Positions 1 to 11,290 of a DNA stretch of 40,898 bases are shown here, piece by piece (within the stretch, counting starts at the first letter, position 1; each line of letters opens with the position of its first letter). This DNA comes from Octopus bimaculoides (Eukaryota). The translations under genes and the position numbers were made by a program. The stretch is from the NCBI RefSeq assembly GCF_001194135.2, contig NC_068990.1:18395228-18436125 (forward strand), read 5' to 3'. The notes beneath the pieces are model-generated. The model saw nothing but the letters and a program-made list of their open reading frames with translations. It did no database searches and was not told the DNA's origin.

Positions 1-1450
1 ATATATATAAAATCAAGGCTTTCAAACTTTATTTCCTTTCAAGCTTTCTAGAGTGTTGATATCGTTTCACCTTCATTCGTAAGCTTTTCTCGTAATGGAT
101 TTTATGCATTTATGTCCTACCATTGTATTTAATGTATTTAATCTTCATATATTTGTAGAAAATGATTAATGATTCTCTGAGATCTTGCTGAGAAAGTTAT
201 ATAGGTATTTAATGAAGTAGAGTATTTCATATTAGTTTATGAAGTAATATATGAAAGATACCTGGATATTAAAAATATAAATGGGGAAATGTTATAACGA
301 TCGACTAAATGCGGAAAATGATAAAGTTGGACTAAATGGGAGAAATAATATAATGTTGGGCTCAATGTTAGAGAGTATTAATTTCGACACTGTGCATTAT
401 TCAACTCAAATAAGTCTAGAGTCAATCGTATTTTCGAATTATTAGATCATATAACTTGTAAGGTGTAAGACTCAATAAAGTGAATAAAAATACTCTAATG
501 AAAATATGTATGTAATTTGTCAACGTATCATATTGTTAGTGGTAGAATTACGATTATAATGGAAGAATCTTTGTTTGCTACTGTTGTTTAATTGTATGTC
601 AGGTTTGATCAAGTAAACTTATGGCCAAAATCGTTCCAGCTGTGACTATCTTGCCTATTGGTATATCAAGAGATTAAAATGTTCCAGATGTCCTTACGTT
701 ATTTTGCAACGAAACAGAGTGATATTGGAGAGATTTAGCAGCTATTTCTGCAATAGCTCTATGTTGGCTCCTAAATATGGTTTTCGATGTGATTTACACA
801 TGATACAAACTTAGTTATGTCAAACATATTATTTTCTGTTTTGCTCATTTTCAAGTGTTATTACACATTTGATGAGAAATATTTTTTCTAAAATTATCAT
901 TTCATCTTTAAGACTCCAAAGAGCTAATACAATTTCTGATAATAATTGGTTATTTTCTTTTTATCTCTGTGACGAATTATTTAAAAGTTGGCCGCGTGAC
1001 ATGCATTAATTTTCTTAATAATTAGTAACATGAAGGAAACAGTAATAGCTATAATTGGGAATTGGATGCGCGTCAAAATCTTCACATCCCAAGGGCATTT
1101 TAGTTCTTCCTCTCTAATGCACAATAGAGATATCTTAATTATTATTGCAATTAAAATCGAGCGCTATTCATTTTGCAAAATAGCGTGATTTAACAGTTTA
1201 ACATTACAGTCTAACTATAAATACAACAACTTTGCAACAACGTCATTCAATAAACCACTTTGTGTTCAATAGGTTAACTGTGCAGCAAATCAAGAAGAAT
1301 ATTTTTCAGATGAAAATCGTAAAGCAGATTACCGAAATATTTACTGTTCAATAATTTGCTGCCAATAAATTTACTGTTAATAAATCTTCCACGCAATGTT
1401 GATGCTATCGTAGGAATTAAAACATGTATTCATTAGAAAATATTAAATGA

Positions 1451-1606
1451 GGCGGTGAATGTCAAAAAGGTAATATAGTGAACTAAATGCAAGGTGTTAT
1501 CCCATTTACTGGTTTTACGTTTGATAATTTATTCCAGAACAGCCAATTTTCCATCGTTCTTCTGGGAATTGATGAAATAAGTACCAGAATTGATTGACTT
1601 GACCTT
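1451..1606 (+). mobile_element. Highly diverged copy of tRNA-derived SINE family A
   Basis: Starts GGCGGTGAATGTC like the GGCGGCGAGCTGGC head of the 5812-5992 copy. Contains TTTACGTTT and TTCTGGGAATTGATGAAATAAGTACCAG, matching the family core (TTCGGGATCGATAAATTAAGCACTAG in the 5812 copy). Confidence 0.45.
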
Positions 1607-1911
1607 AACATCCGCCTCTGATTTCGAAATCGCAGGCTTACTGCAATATTATAAGCTACTTTTTACTAAACGGATTTAGCAAACTTGGATTATGTTTAGG
1701 AAGATCTGACAATTTTAAATTAGTAATTGTTTCGGTCCGGTGTTTTTACTCCGTCTCCGAGATCTATAACACGGATGTGTGTGTGTTTCAGGCTTCCAGC
1801 AACGAGCATCGCAAGCTATATAGTTCCATTCATCCATAATAGATGTTTGTTAAATACGAAGAATTTTCGCATGAAAACGCTTGGTGTTATAACTTATACA
1901 TGCATAAATAG

Positions 1912-1980
1912 ATACATACGTACGTACATACATACGTACATACATACATACATACATACATACATACATACATACATACA
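1912..1980. repeat. (TACA)n tetranucleotide microsatellite
   Basis: Direct reading; a few TACG variants. Confidence 0.95.
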
Positions 1981-2647
1981 TGATGTAGCTAGGACACTGT
2001 ATCATGAGATCTATCAGAATGATAACCTTGAGACCAAAGAAATAAGAACCTACAGTATGGTAGAAGCCATAGCCACTCATAATAAAACGGAGTACCTAGT
2101 CAAAATATCAATAAAATGTAAACATAATAGATCTAACATCGTAATCTGGGATAGAGAGAGAAACTGTGTAGAGTTGCGGAAATCAACTGTCCAGCGGATG
2201 TTGATATAAAGCCAAGGACCAGCGAAAAAGAAAATACCTACGCTGAACTATTGAGTAATCTACAGGTACTCTATCCAGATCACAAGTCCAGGTTTATACC
2301 TGTAATTATTCGGGCAATGAGATATGTAATACACTGCCGAAATACCAATCTCCAGAAAGGAGAAAGCTGATTTGAAGGCTACAGATCCAACCCAATACTG
2401 GAACTGTAAAAATCTGTAAAATATTCCACAAGTTTATCATATAAATATATATGAGCATATCTAGATATGTAACTATATGCTTGAGAATAGATACATAAAG
2501 CAAAAAATACAAATCTGTACATATACAAACGCACATACATACAAAAATACCCTGTTGGTGTTGTTAAAATTCTAATGAAGGAGCCTTGGATCTAGGTAAG
2601 AAACCGACTCTTTCTCTATTGCCATGAAATCTTGAAATAAAACTGAA
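1979..2647 (+). mobile_element. 5'-truncated R4/Dong-type non-LTR retrotransposon: REL endonuclease C-terminus plus 3' UTR (inactive)
   Basis: Reads HDVARTLYHEIYQ...KCKHNRSNIVIWDRE, then after a frameshift VAEINCPADVDI...SEKENTYAELL...FIPVIIRAM, then LQIQPNTGTVKICKIF, with stop at 2442-2444. This matches the RHD..A / PD..D-E..P.D / K..KY / PVIIGALG pattern of R4-clade REL domains. The catalytic PD reads SN (2132-2137). The 3' UTR ends GAAATAAAACTGAA. Confidence 0.85.
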
Positions 2648-2666
2648 CATAGATAGATAGATACAT

Positions 2667-2739
2667 TTCTTTTATTAGCCACAGGGCTCAACGAAGATGG
2701 GACAAATACAATGTAGAGCTTTTCTTTTTGGGAGAGGGA
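2667..2739 (-). mobile_element. Short 3'-terminal retroelement fragment flanked by a probable target-site duplication
   Basis: Minus strand ends GAGCCCTGTGGCTAATAAAAGAAA (polyA signal plus A-rich tail). It is flanked by ATAGATAGATAGATACAT at 2649-2666 and 2744-2761. Family (possibly Tx1-type) is from recollection only. Confidence 0.4.
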
Positions 2740-2805
2740 ATAGATAGATAGATAGATACATACATACATACATACATACATAAATACATACATACATATT
2801 TATAT

Positions 2806-3438
2806 NNNNNNNNNNNNNNNNNNNNNNNNNNNNNNNNNNNNNNNNNNNNNNNNNNNNNNNNNNNNNNNNNNNNNNNNNNNNNNNNNNNNNNNNNNNNNNN
2901 NNNNNNNNNNNNNNNNNNNNNNNNNNNNNNNNNNNNNNNNNNNNNNNNNNNNNNNNNNNNNNNNNNNNNNNNNNNNNNNNNNNNNNNNNNNNNNNNNNNN
3001 NNNNNNNNNNNNNNNNNNNNNNNNNNNNNNNNNNNNNNNNNNNNNNNNNNNNNNNNNNNNNNNNNNNNNNNNNNNNNNNNNNNNNNNNNNNNNNNNNNNN
3101 NNNNNNNNNNNNNNNNNNNNNNNNNNNNNNNNNNNNNNNNNNNNNNNNNNNNNNNNNNNNNNNNNNNNNNNNNNNNNNNNNNNNNNNNNNNNNNNNNNNN
3201 NNNNNNNNNNNNNNNNNNNNNNNNNNNNNNNNNNNNNNNNNNNNNNNNNNNNNNNNNNNNNNNNNNNNNNNNNNNNNNNNNNNNNNNNNNNNNNNNNNNN
3301 NNNNNNNNNNNNNNNNNNNNNNNNNNNNNNNNNNNNNNNNNNNNNNNNNNNNNNNNNNNNNNNNNNNNNNNNNNNNNNNNNNNNNNNNNNNNNNNNNNNN
3401 NNNNNNNNNNNNNNNNNNNNNNNNNNNNNNNNNNNNNN
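2806..3438. other. Assembly gap (633 N)
   Basis: N run flanked by (AT)n/(ATAC)n. Confidence 1.
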
Positions 3439-3451
3439 TATATATGTTTTC

Positions 3452-3644
3452 GGACAAAGCCATTAATTTTAAAGGGGAAGATAAGCTGGTTATATCAACG
3501 GCAGTACGCGACTGGTACTTATTTTATCGACCCCAAAAGAATGAAAGGCAATGTCGAAGTTTGCAGAATTTGAACTCAGAACATAAAGACAGACGAAATG
3601 CCGCTAAGCATTTTGCTCGCCTCGGTAACGATTCTACCAGCTCG
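3452..3644 (-). mobile_element. tRNA-derived SINE family A
   Basis: Colinear with 5812-5992 and 25457-25656. Minus strand has A-box-like TGGTAGAATCG, B-box-like GAGTTCAAATTC and core TTGCCTTTCATTCTTTTGGGGTCGATAAAAT. Confidence 0.8.
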
Positions 3645-4355
3645 ATTTATTTATACACGCAAACACCAACAAACTCACACACACCGAGGCAGACACATAC
3701 ATGACAAAGTTTAATCTTAACATATATATATATATATATATATGTATCTATACGTTCAGATATATGTGTATGTATATATATATATTATGTTTGTGTGCGC
3801 ATGGGTGCATGTGTGAGCATATGGCTATGTGTCCATTCACGTTCTACGTCTTTTCTAATATAGACTCGCCACTTTATATTAAACAGTTCAATGAGACTCA
3901 CGTCAAAATATCTATCTTCAACACAATCTGAAACCTTTTTTTTTTACCTTTGACATAAAGATATAAAAAAATATAAGACGTATAAATAACGAAACTAAGA
4001 AAAAGAAGTAGAAGCAGAACATACTCAAATCAAATGTGAAAGGGAAAAAAAGTTATATATGTGCGAGCGAAATTGAAAATAGAGTGCAATTACTTATGAA
4101 ATAACACTGTGCTATAAGTCAGTAGAAAAGAAGCCATTGACATTATGACAGAGGACGTATTAAACTGTAATGACTTTATAATACTATGGAATAACGTGAA
4201 TGAAATAACTTTCGTGCAGACACATAGCTAGGTCTGACACTGCAATCAATAGTATTCAAATAAGTCGATGGAAAACATACTAAAAAGAAACATACATGTT
4301 ACATTGCTTCAGATAAGGACACATATAAAGACAGACCTCTATAGTTGAGAGAGAA

Positions 4356-4457
<102 letters not shown>

Positions 4458-4764
4458 AGAGAAATAGAAAGAGACGGAGAGAGGGAATAAATAAAGACAG
4501 AGGAGAATGATACGAATGCAAGAGATCGAGAAAGAGAGAGAATATGAAAGTTAGTGAGATAAGCAGGACGTGTGGGTAAACTTTGTTATCAGATTTTCTT
4601 AAGGAAGATTAATTTCAATAAAAACATCCCATGGCGGCATAAATCGACTCGTTAATGTTGGAGCCAATGAGATTTTATTGGTTTCAAGTTGTGACTTGGT
4701 AATAATATTCATAGTTACATAGGCGATATAACAGAGAAAGTGTTAAGTGAAAATCCACTCGCAT

Positions 4765-4900
4765 ACACACTCATACATACACACACACACACACTCACAC
4801 ACACACACACACACACATATACATACATATATACATACATAAACCTACATGCAGACACACACAGGCACACACACAGGCACACACACAAGCACACACACAT
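4765..4900. repeat. Compound (CA)n/(TA)n simple repeat
   Basis: Direct reading. Confidence 0.9.
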
Positions 4901-5038
4901 ATTAAACGATAGAAACTTACAAATGGCACTGGAAGGCCGAGTGTTTCGTGCGTAGCATTTAGAAAACTTTTGATGCAGGGCAGGCATGCAACACACTGCC
5001 CTTGATCAATCTTGTAACTTTCTGCGGATCAAAGAATA

Positions 5039-5126
5039 CATGTATGTATGTATGTATGTATGTATGTATGTATGTATGTATGTGTGTGTGTGTGTGTCTT
5101 TGTGTATGCATGTCTGTATGTAAATA

Positions 5127-5212
<86 letters not shown>
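5039..5212. repeat. Compound (ATGT)n-(GT)n-(AT)n-(GT)n microsatellite
   Basis: Direct reading. Confidence 0.95.
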
Positions 5213-5213
<1 letters not shown>

Positions 5214-5539
5214 ATTATTGAACTGTTAAAAATTTTCGACACAGATGTATAAAAATATATGCTGAAAGGGAGAAAAATGCACTATACATGTATATTGCAT
5301 TTAATTAGTTTCCAAGTATTTTATTACTATGAAATCATTTCAATATGAACAAAACAGTTCATAACAATCCTCTTATCTTACCTGTTTCAAATTATGAAAT
5401 CATATCAAAAATACAATCATATCTGTTCTGAAATAGGTATTCCAAAACACATTTAGCTTTCAAAATAATTTCAAAGCGGTTTTAATTCTTATAGGCTATA
5501 TTCATTGCATTAAACGTGTGTAAACGATAGCTTCTAGCC

Positions 5540-5808
5540 TTTGTTTAAAATATAGTGTGTACATAGCCATCAGCCTTGTTACTGACTCTCGGTTTAACAG
5601 GAAACTTTACTTAGAAAATTGAAGACGGTTCGCCGACAACCAATGAATAATTCTAACATAAGGAAAATTCCTATCAATGAGCATATCAACAGGTGTACGG
5701 GAACTCGGGGAATTTTAAAGTTTCCATTTATGTCAATGTGCAGAAAATATGTGAGGACAAAAGAAACAATAAAGAATCCATTTTATTGAAAAATATAAAC
5801 CAAATTAA
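5540..5808 (+). pseudogene. Penelope-like element GIY-YIG endonuclease C-terminal remnant
   Basis: Hand translation with frameshifts gives LGLTG (YIG.TG-like), TVRRQPMNNSNIRKIPINEHINRC, NFKV, KRNNKES and FIEKYKP (5782-5802). This fits the H..C / E..FI....P.LN end of PLE GIY-YIG domains. Confidence 0.55.
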
Positions 5809-5811
5809 TCA

Positions 5812-5992
5812 CTAGGGGAGGGGGCCAGTCGATTAGATCGACTCCAGTACGCAACTAGTGCTTAATTTATCGATCCCGAAAGGATGAAAGGCAAAGTCGA
5901 CCACGGCGTAATTTGAACTAAGAACGTGAAGACAAACGAACTACCGCTAAGTATTTCGCCCGGCGTGCTAACGTTTCTGCCAGCTCGCCGCC
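5812..5992 (-). mobile_element. tRNA-derived SINE family A (best-preserved copy)
   Basis: Minus strand reads GGCGGCGAGCTGGCAGAAACGTTAG (A-box), TAGTTCAAATTAC (B-box-like), then GGTCGACTTTGCCTTTCATCCTTTCGGGATCGATAAATTAAGCACTAG. Three related copies lie in the window. Confidence 0.9.
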
Positions 5993-6370
5993 TTAGAGAC
6001 CGGATGCATTAAATGAAGGCCATAGTAGCTAGCCGGTACACGCCTACATTACAATGAATATCGGTTGTCAGAGGTGAAAACTGTTCGTAATTATTTATTT
6101 AGAAGTAGTTAATTGAGAATTTTCTAATTATGTACTAAGGAATGATCAATAATGTATAATGAAATGATCTGAATGGAAAATGTACTTTGGAACACGTAAT
6201 CTTGAAATGATTTGAGTGTAGTAATGCTTTGTTTCGGATATGATAAGATATTATGGAATATGTAATGATGTATTTAGAAATAGCTTCATTGCGATAATAC
6301 GTCTTATTACTTCTTAAAACGATTTGATTCTAATAACGTACTTCAAAATGAATTAACTGCAATATATATA

Positions 6371-6635
6371 NNNNNNNNNNNNNNNNNNNNNNNNNNNNNN
6401 NNNNNNNNNNNNNNNNNNNNNNNNNNNNNNNNNNNNNNNNNNNNNNNNNNNNNNNNNNNNNNNNNNNNNNNNNNNNNNNNNNNNNNNNNNNNNNNNNNNN
6501 NNNNNNNNNNNNNNNNNNNNNNNNNNNNNNNNNNNNNNNNNNNNNNNNNNNNNNNNNNNNNNNNNNNNNNNNNNNNNNNNNNNNNNNNNNNNNNNNNNNN
6601 NNNNNNNNNNNNNNNNNNNNNNNNNNNNNNNNNNN
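6371..6635. other. Assembly gap (265 N)
   Basis: N run. Confidence 1.
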
Positions 6636-7571
6636 GTATATATAGGTGCATATCTGGGTACAGGACATTGCAAACAAAACGTAGACAAAAAAAATAATAA
6701 TAACCAGAGTACAGAAAACACACAGGCCACATAGAGAATAGTTTCCTTCATCTGCTGCCCCCATTCTAATACAGGCGTTTCGAAGAGTTAGGGCAGGACG
6801 CATCGTTAAAATAGCTCTTCCCACGGACCACGAATTAAATTTGTATACACAAATTAAATTTGTACCATGCAAGAATGTAGTGGCGGGCAGAAAACAAGAC
6901 AGGAAAACAAACGGAAAAGGCTATACGGCCAGACGTGAAAAACTTTGTAAATATTGAACGTTGTGAAGCTACGAACTGGAAGCGGGACGAAGTAGGTTCG
7001 TATGTTTGCTCGGCGATAACCAAGGAAGAAAAGAATTAGTATCTGGACACATGTGACCAGTGAGGGGTAAGGAGAGAGAATGGTAGAGGGAGAAACAAGG
7101 GGAGGAAGTAGAAAATAGGTGAGCAATGAGACAAAGAGAGGAAGAGAGAGATATAGTAATAACAGAAGGAAGAATGGGAGGGGGAAAGAGAGAGATAGTG
7201 TAGTAACAGAAGGAAGAACGAGAGGGGGAAAAAGATATAGACATAGATAGAGACGCGTGAGAAAATATAAAGTTCAAAAACTTACTTGCAGGGATGACGA
7301 GTGCGTTCGAACATGTAAAACAAATAATAAATGAGTACATGCATATATACGTACAAGTATGTGCATACCTACATCTACCTGTATATATAGGTGCATATCT
7401 GGGTACAGGATATTGCAAACAAAACATAGACAAAAAGATAATAATAACCAGATTACAGAAAACACACAGGCCACATAGAGAACATTTTCCTTCATCAGCT
7501 GCCGCCATTCTAACACAGGCGTTTCGAAGAGTTAGGGCAGGACGCATCATTAAAATGGCTCTTCCCACGGA
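6636..7571 (-). repeat. Direct repeat of about 192 bp (6636-6827 and 7381-7571, period about 745 bp); probable PLE pseudo-LTR tandem
   Basis: Copies differ by about 11 substitutions and 1 indel by hand count. The minus strand carries CGAAAC and C(T/A)GATGA boxes typical of PLE termini. The duplication is directly visible; the PLE identity is inferred (about 0.45). Confidence 0.85.
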
Positions 7572-7882
7572 TCCCTAGTGTAACTGAGAATACTCGAATA
7601 CCGTAATTTCAAAGTATTCATGTTCAGAATGTTGAGATATTTATGGGATGTGAGTGCAATATTGTAATAAAGTTTATTTCGCATTAAGTACAAAACAAAC
7701 ATATGCGACGTTGCAATACTTGTAACAAACGTATGGTATTAACAGCCGCACGCATTATGAATCAGGTTACCGTCAAGATAACAGGCATTCAGTATGGACG
7801 TATAGATCTCGACTCCTACTATTCTACCAAATGGAGGGTTTGATATGCGTGTATGTGTGTGATTGTGTGTGTGTGATTGTAT

Positions 7883-7918
<36 letters not shown>

Positions 7919-8142
7919 GTAGCAATTGATTCGCTTATTGTTGCTCCTTTTCACGGTCAAAACCATTTCCAGTACATTATATAATGATATATATGTTGGA
8001 TCTACGTGATATATATCTTGTATATGTGTGTATCTGCGTGTGTGCATATGCATATTATTTAATGATATATATGTTTGCGCATGTGTTTGTATGTTAGAAG
8101 TATGTGTGAGTGTGTACACAACATTTATATACATCCTAACAC

Positions 8143-8179
<37 letters not shown>

Positions 8180-9004
8180 NNNNNNNNNNNNNNNNNNNNN
8201 NNNNNNNNNNNNNNNNNNNNNNNNNNNNNNNNNNNNNNNNNNNNNNNNNNNNNNNNNNNNNNNNNNNNNNNNNNNNNNNNNNNNNNNNNNNNNNNNNNNN
8301 NNNNNNNNNNNNNNNNNNNNNNNNNNNNNNNNNNNNNNNNNNNNNNNNNNNNNNNNNNNNNNNNNNNNNNNNNNNNNNNNNNNNNNNNNNNNNNNNNNNN
8401 NNNNNNNNNNNNNNNNNNNNNNNNNNNNNNNNNNNNNNNNNNNNNNNNNNNNNNNNNNNNNNNNNNNNNNNNNNNNNNNNNNNNNNNNNNNNNNNNNNNN
8501 NNNNNNNNNNNNNNNNNNNNNNNNNNNNNNNNNNNNNNNNNNNNNNNNNNNNNNNNNNNNNNNNNNNNNNNNNNNNNNNNNNNNNNNNNNNNNNNNNNNN
8601 NNNNNNNNNNNNNNNNNNNNNNNNNNNNNNNNNNNNNNNNNNNNNNNNNNNNNNNNNNNNNNNNNNNNNNNNNNNNNNNNNNNNNNNNNNNNNNNNNNNN
8701 NNNNNNNNNNNNNNNNNNNNNNNNNNNNNNNNNNNNNNNNNNNNNNNNNNNNNNNNNNNNNNNNNNNNNNNNNNNNNNNNNNNNNNNNNNNNNNNNNNNN
8801 NNNNNNNNNNNNNNNNNNNNNNNNNNNNNNNNNNNNNNNNNNNNNNNNNNNNNNNNNNNNNNNNNNNNNNNNNNNNNNNNNNNNNNNNNNNNNNNNNNNN
8901 NNNNNNNNNNNNNNNNNNNNNNNNNNNNNNNNNNNNNNNNNNNNNNNNNNNNNNNNNNNNNNNNNNNNNNNNNNNNNNNNNNNNNNNNNNNNNNNNNNNN
9001 NNNN
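8180..9004. other. Assembly gap (825 N)
   Basis: N run after (AT)n. Confidence 1.
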
Positions 9005-9142
9005 TTGTTCTATGTGTGCCGTAAATATCGCCATCCGTTAGAGAAAAAATTGTAGTTTAGAATTAGTAATTCTTTGACTGCTATTTCTAAATTTTCAGTA
9101 TGTTGCTGAAGCAACTCATGCTGATCCCTATATATTTATAAT

Positions 9143-9162
<20 letters not shown>

Positions 9163-9173
<11 letters not shown>

Positions 9174-9384
9174 ATGTGTTTGTGTGTCTGTGTTTGTCCC
9201 CCCAACATCGCTTGACAACTGATGCTGGTGTGTTTATGTCCCCGTAACTTAGCGGTTCTGCAAAAGAGACTGATAGAATAAGTACTAAGCTTCTAAAGAA
9301 TAAGTCCTGGGGTCGATTTGCTCGACTAAAGGCGGTGTTCCAGCATGGCCACAGTCAAAAGACGGAAACAAGTAAAAGAGTAAA
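9163..9384 (+). mobile_element. SINE family B, 3' half
   Basis: Begins in a TA/TG microsatellite, then CGCTTGACAACTGATGCTGGTGTGTTTATGTCCCCGTAACTTAGCGG...GGGGTCGATTTGCTCGACTAAAGGCGGTGTTCCAGCATGGCC with an AGTAAAAGAGTAAA tail. Homologous to 22240-22382 and 11527-11582. Confidence 0.75.
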
Positions 9385-9454
9385 TGAGTATATATGTACA
9401 TATACTATACTTAATTCATTTTAAAAAAAGGATATATTGTATTCATTCATTAAA

Positions 9455-9710
9455 TTTGGTTTTGATTTTTCTGAGTCCATGTTTTGTGTGGAGTTGTAGT
9501 ACCGTCCGCCATCTATTCATGGAATGTTTTATATATTTCATGATTATTAGAGCTACCTTGTACATGGCTAATGTTTCTGGGATCTATGTGTGGGGAATAC
9601 TATAAAAAGCTTTTCGGTAAGCGATCCAGGCCTTACTTAGATCCTTCTTCTTTCTCCGGCTGTCTTCAGTTATGGCTTTATTGATCAGAAGCTAATCTTT
9701 ACAGCCGTTT
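9455..9710 (-). pseudogene. R4/Dong-type reverse transcriptase fragment (domains 2-3)
   Basis: Minus strand reads GCKD*LLINKAITEDSRRKKKDLSKAWIAYRKAF, then after a frameshift SIPHT*IPETLAMYKVALIIMKYIKHSMNRWRTVLQL. This matches the GC.EQLLIN / AWIDY.KAFDS.PH.WI motif of R4-clade RTs; the stops lie at expected Q and W positions. Confidence 0.85.
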
Positions 9711-10002
9711 GCAGCATCGCAGAGAATGGGCAAACATCTGAAAGATGTCAGTCATATTGCATCTACTAGAAATATTTACAAAAACATCAACAAAAAGAAT
9801 GAAAAACCCCTCAAAAACAATATTAGGGAAGAAGGAATGTTTCGTATATTACTTGCAATAAAACACAAGACATACATCATTGCAAAAAGCAAAATCAGAC
9901 CTGATATTATTAAATCAGTGAATGTACATAATAGACATATAAGTAATAAAATGATAATAAAGTTTCAGATTTTGAGCTCTCTCTATATCTATATATATAT
10001 GT

Positions 10003-10144
10003 GACGAGCTTCTTTCTCTTTCCGTCTATCAAATCCACTCATAAAGCTTATTCGGCCCCAGGCTATAGTAAAAGACACTTTGCCAAGGTGTAGTTCAATG
10101 AGACAGAACCTGGAACCATCTGGTACCGCACTGCCACGCCAGCG
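10003..10144 (-). mobile_element. SINE family B, 5' half (tRNA-like head plus core)
   Basis: Minus strand has GGTTCCAGGTTCTG (B-box-like), CACCTTGGCAAAGTGTCTTTTACTATAGCC and GAGTGGATTTGATAGACGGAA, then runs into an (AT) microsatellite. Homologous to 22005-22110. Confidence 0.7.
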
Positions 10145-10721
10145 TATATACTCATAATATACGAAGATAAGTTTTCATAGCCTGAGGTTGTAAAGCCTAA
10201 GTGAATTGGCTGCTTATGAAATATTTTCGAAACTTTTAAAAGGTTTTGAACAAAGATAAAACTAAATGTGTCTAAAGACTGTGTAATTTTTTACTAATCA
10301 GGTATGTTAAGAGAAATAAGACTAGAATGAAATATAACACAGTAAATTTTAAAATTGACTGACTAAACAGAAACAATACATAAGTATGCAATTAGATAAT
10401 ATATATTTAGAAATCAAACATGTAATTTCTATATCGAAATTACAGTAGGAATAAGAAGTTTACGACTTGTAAATTGTAATTCTCATAAAAATCATATGGT
10501 TTCCGAGATAGTGAGATACAAATCCTATCAAGATGATAATTACCTAATATAAATATAAATCGATATTATTAGAATACATAAATATCAGATATATTCAAAT
10601 AAATACTCACGACAGGAGCAAACACGTAAACTGATACACACATATGCACACATACATCCACATATATGCATGTATATTTATTTACATAAACATATAAATA
10701 GATACTTACTTACTTTCTTAC

Positions 10722-10723
<2 letters not shown>

Positions 10724-10766
<43 letters not shown>
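10724..10766. repeat. (CA)n microsatellite
   Basis: Direct reading. Confidence 0.97.
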
Positions 10767-10774
<8 letters not shown>

Positions 10775-10993
10775 AGAAATAATTGAGATTCATTTGAATT
10801 AGGTACTTAAGTTGAATCACCATGTCAGTCCGGTATTATCCGCACACCCCAAAGTGAGGTGAATAAAATCAAAATAAGCACCAGGATATCAAGAAGTGAT
10901 GCAGTACGACCGTTTCAAGTGGCTCCATTTAAGTGAACAATGCAATCATTACATCAATTTAAATGTAATACCATCTTCAACTGCACAAATAAA

Positions 10994-11290
10994 TAAATGG
11001 AATTTTAACAAGTAGGACATATTAATATAATTTTTCTGAAATATTTTAAAAGAGCAAGAAGATGGAAGAAATTCATGTTGTCACTGCTGTAGCTAAGAAT
11101 AGATTACAACTTCTAAGAATCGCATGGAGCATAGTCTATGATCCATACTCTATGCTCTATGCGATTCTTAGAAGTTGTAATCCATTCTTAGCTACAGTAG
11201 CGACAACATGAATTTCTTCCATCTTCTTGCTCTTTTAAAATATTTAAGAATCATTATATTAATGTGTCCTACTTGTTAAAATTCCATTTA
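10994..11290. mobile_element. 297-bp foldback palindrome (MITE-like)
   Basis: Arms 10994-11140 and 11144-11290 (147 bp each) with 10 mismatches and no indels by hand alignment, 3-nt loop ATC. The structure is directly visible; MITE origin is inferred. Confidence 0.9.

Noticed and set aside
300-375. Imperfect repeat of about 28 bp, GACTAAATG...GTTG
   Set aside because: Only two to three decayed units with no constant-repeat/unique-spacer pattern; not CRISPR-like.
620-800. Moderately stop-poor frames on both strands
   Set aside because: Internal stops, no recognisable motif and no convincing splice pair.
1727-2209. 160-aa ORF as a host gene
   Set aside because: It is stop-free (TACA)n (HTYI repeats) running in frame into the dead R4 endonuclease fragment.
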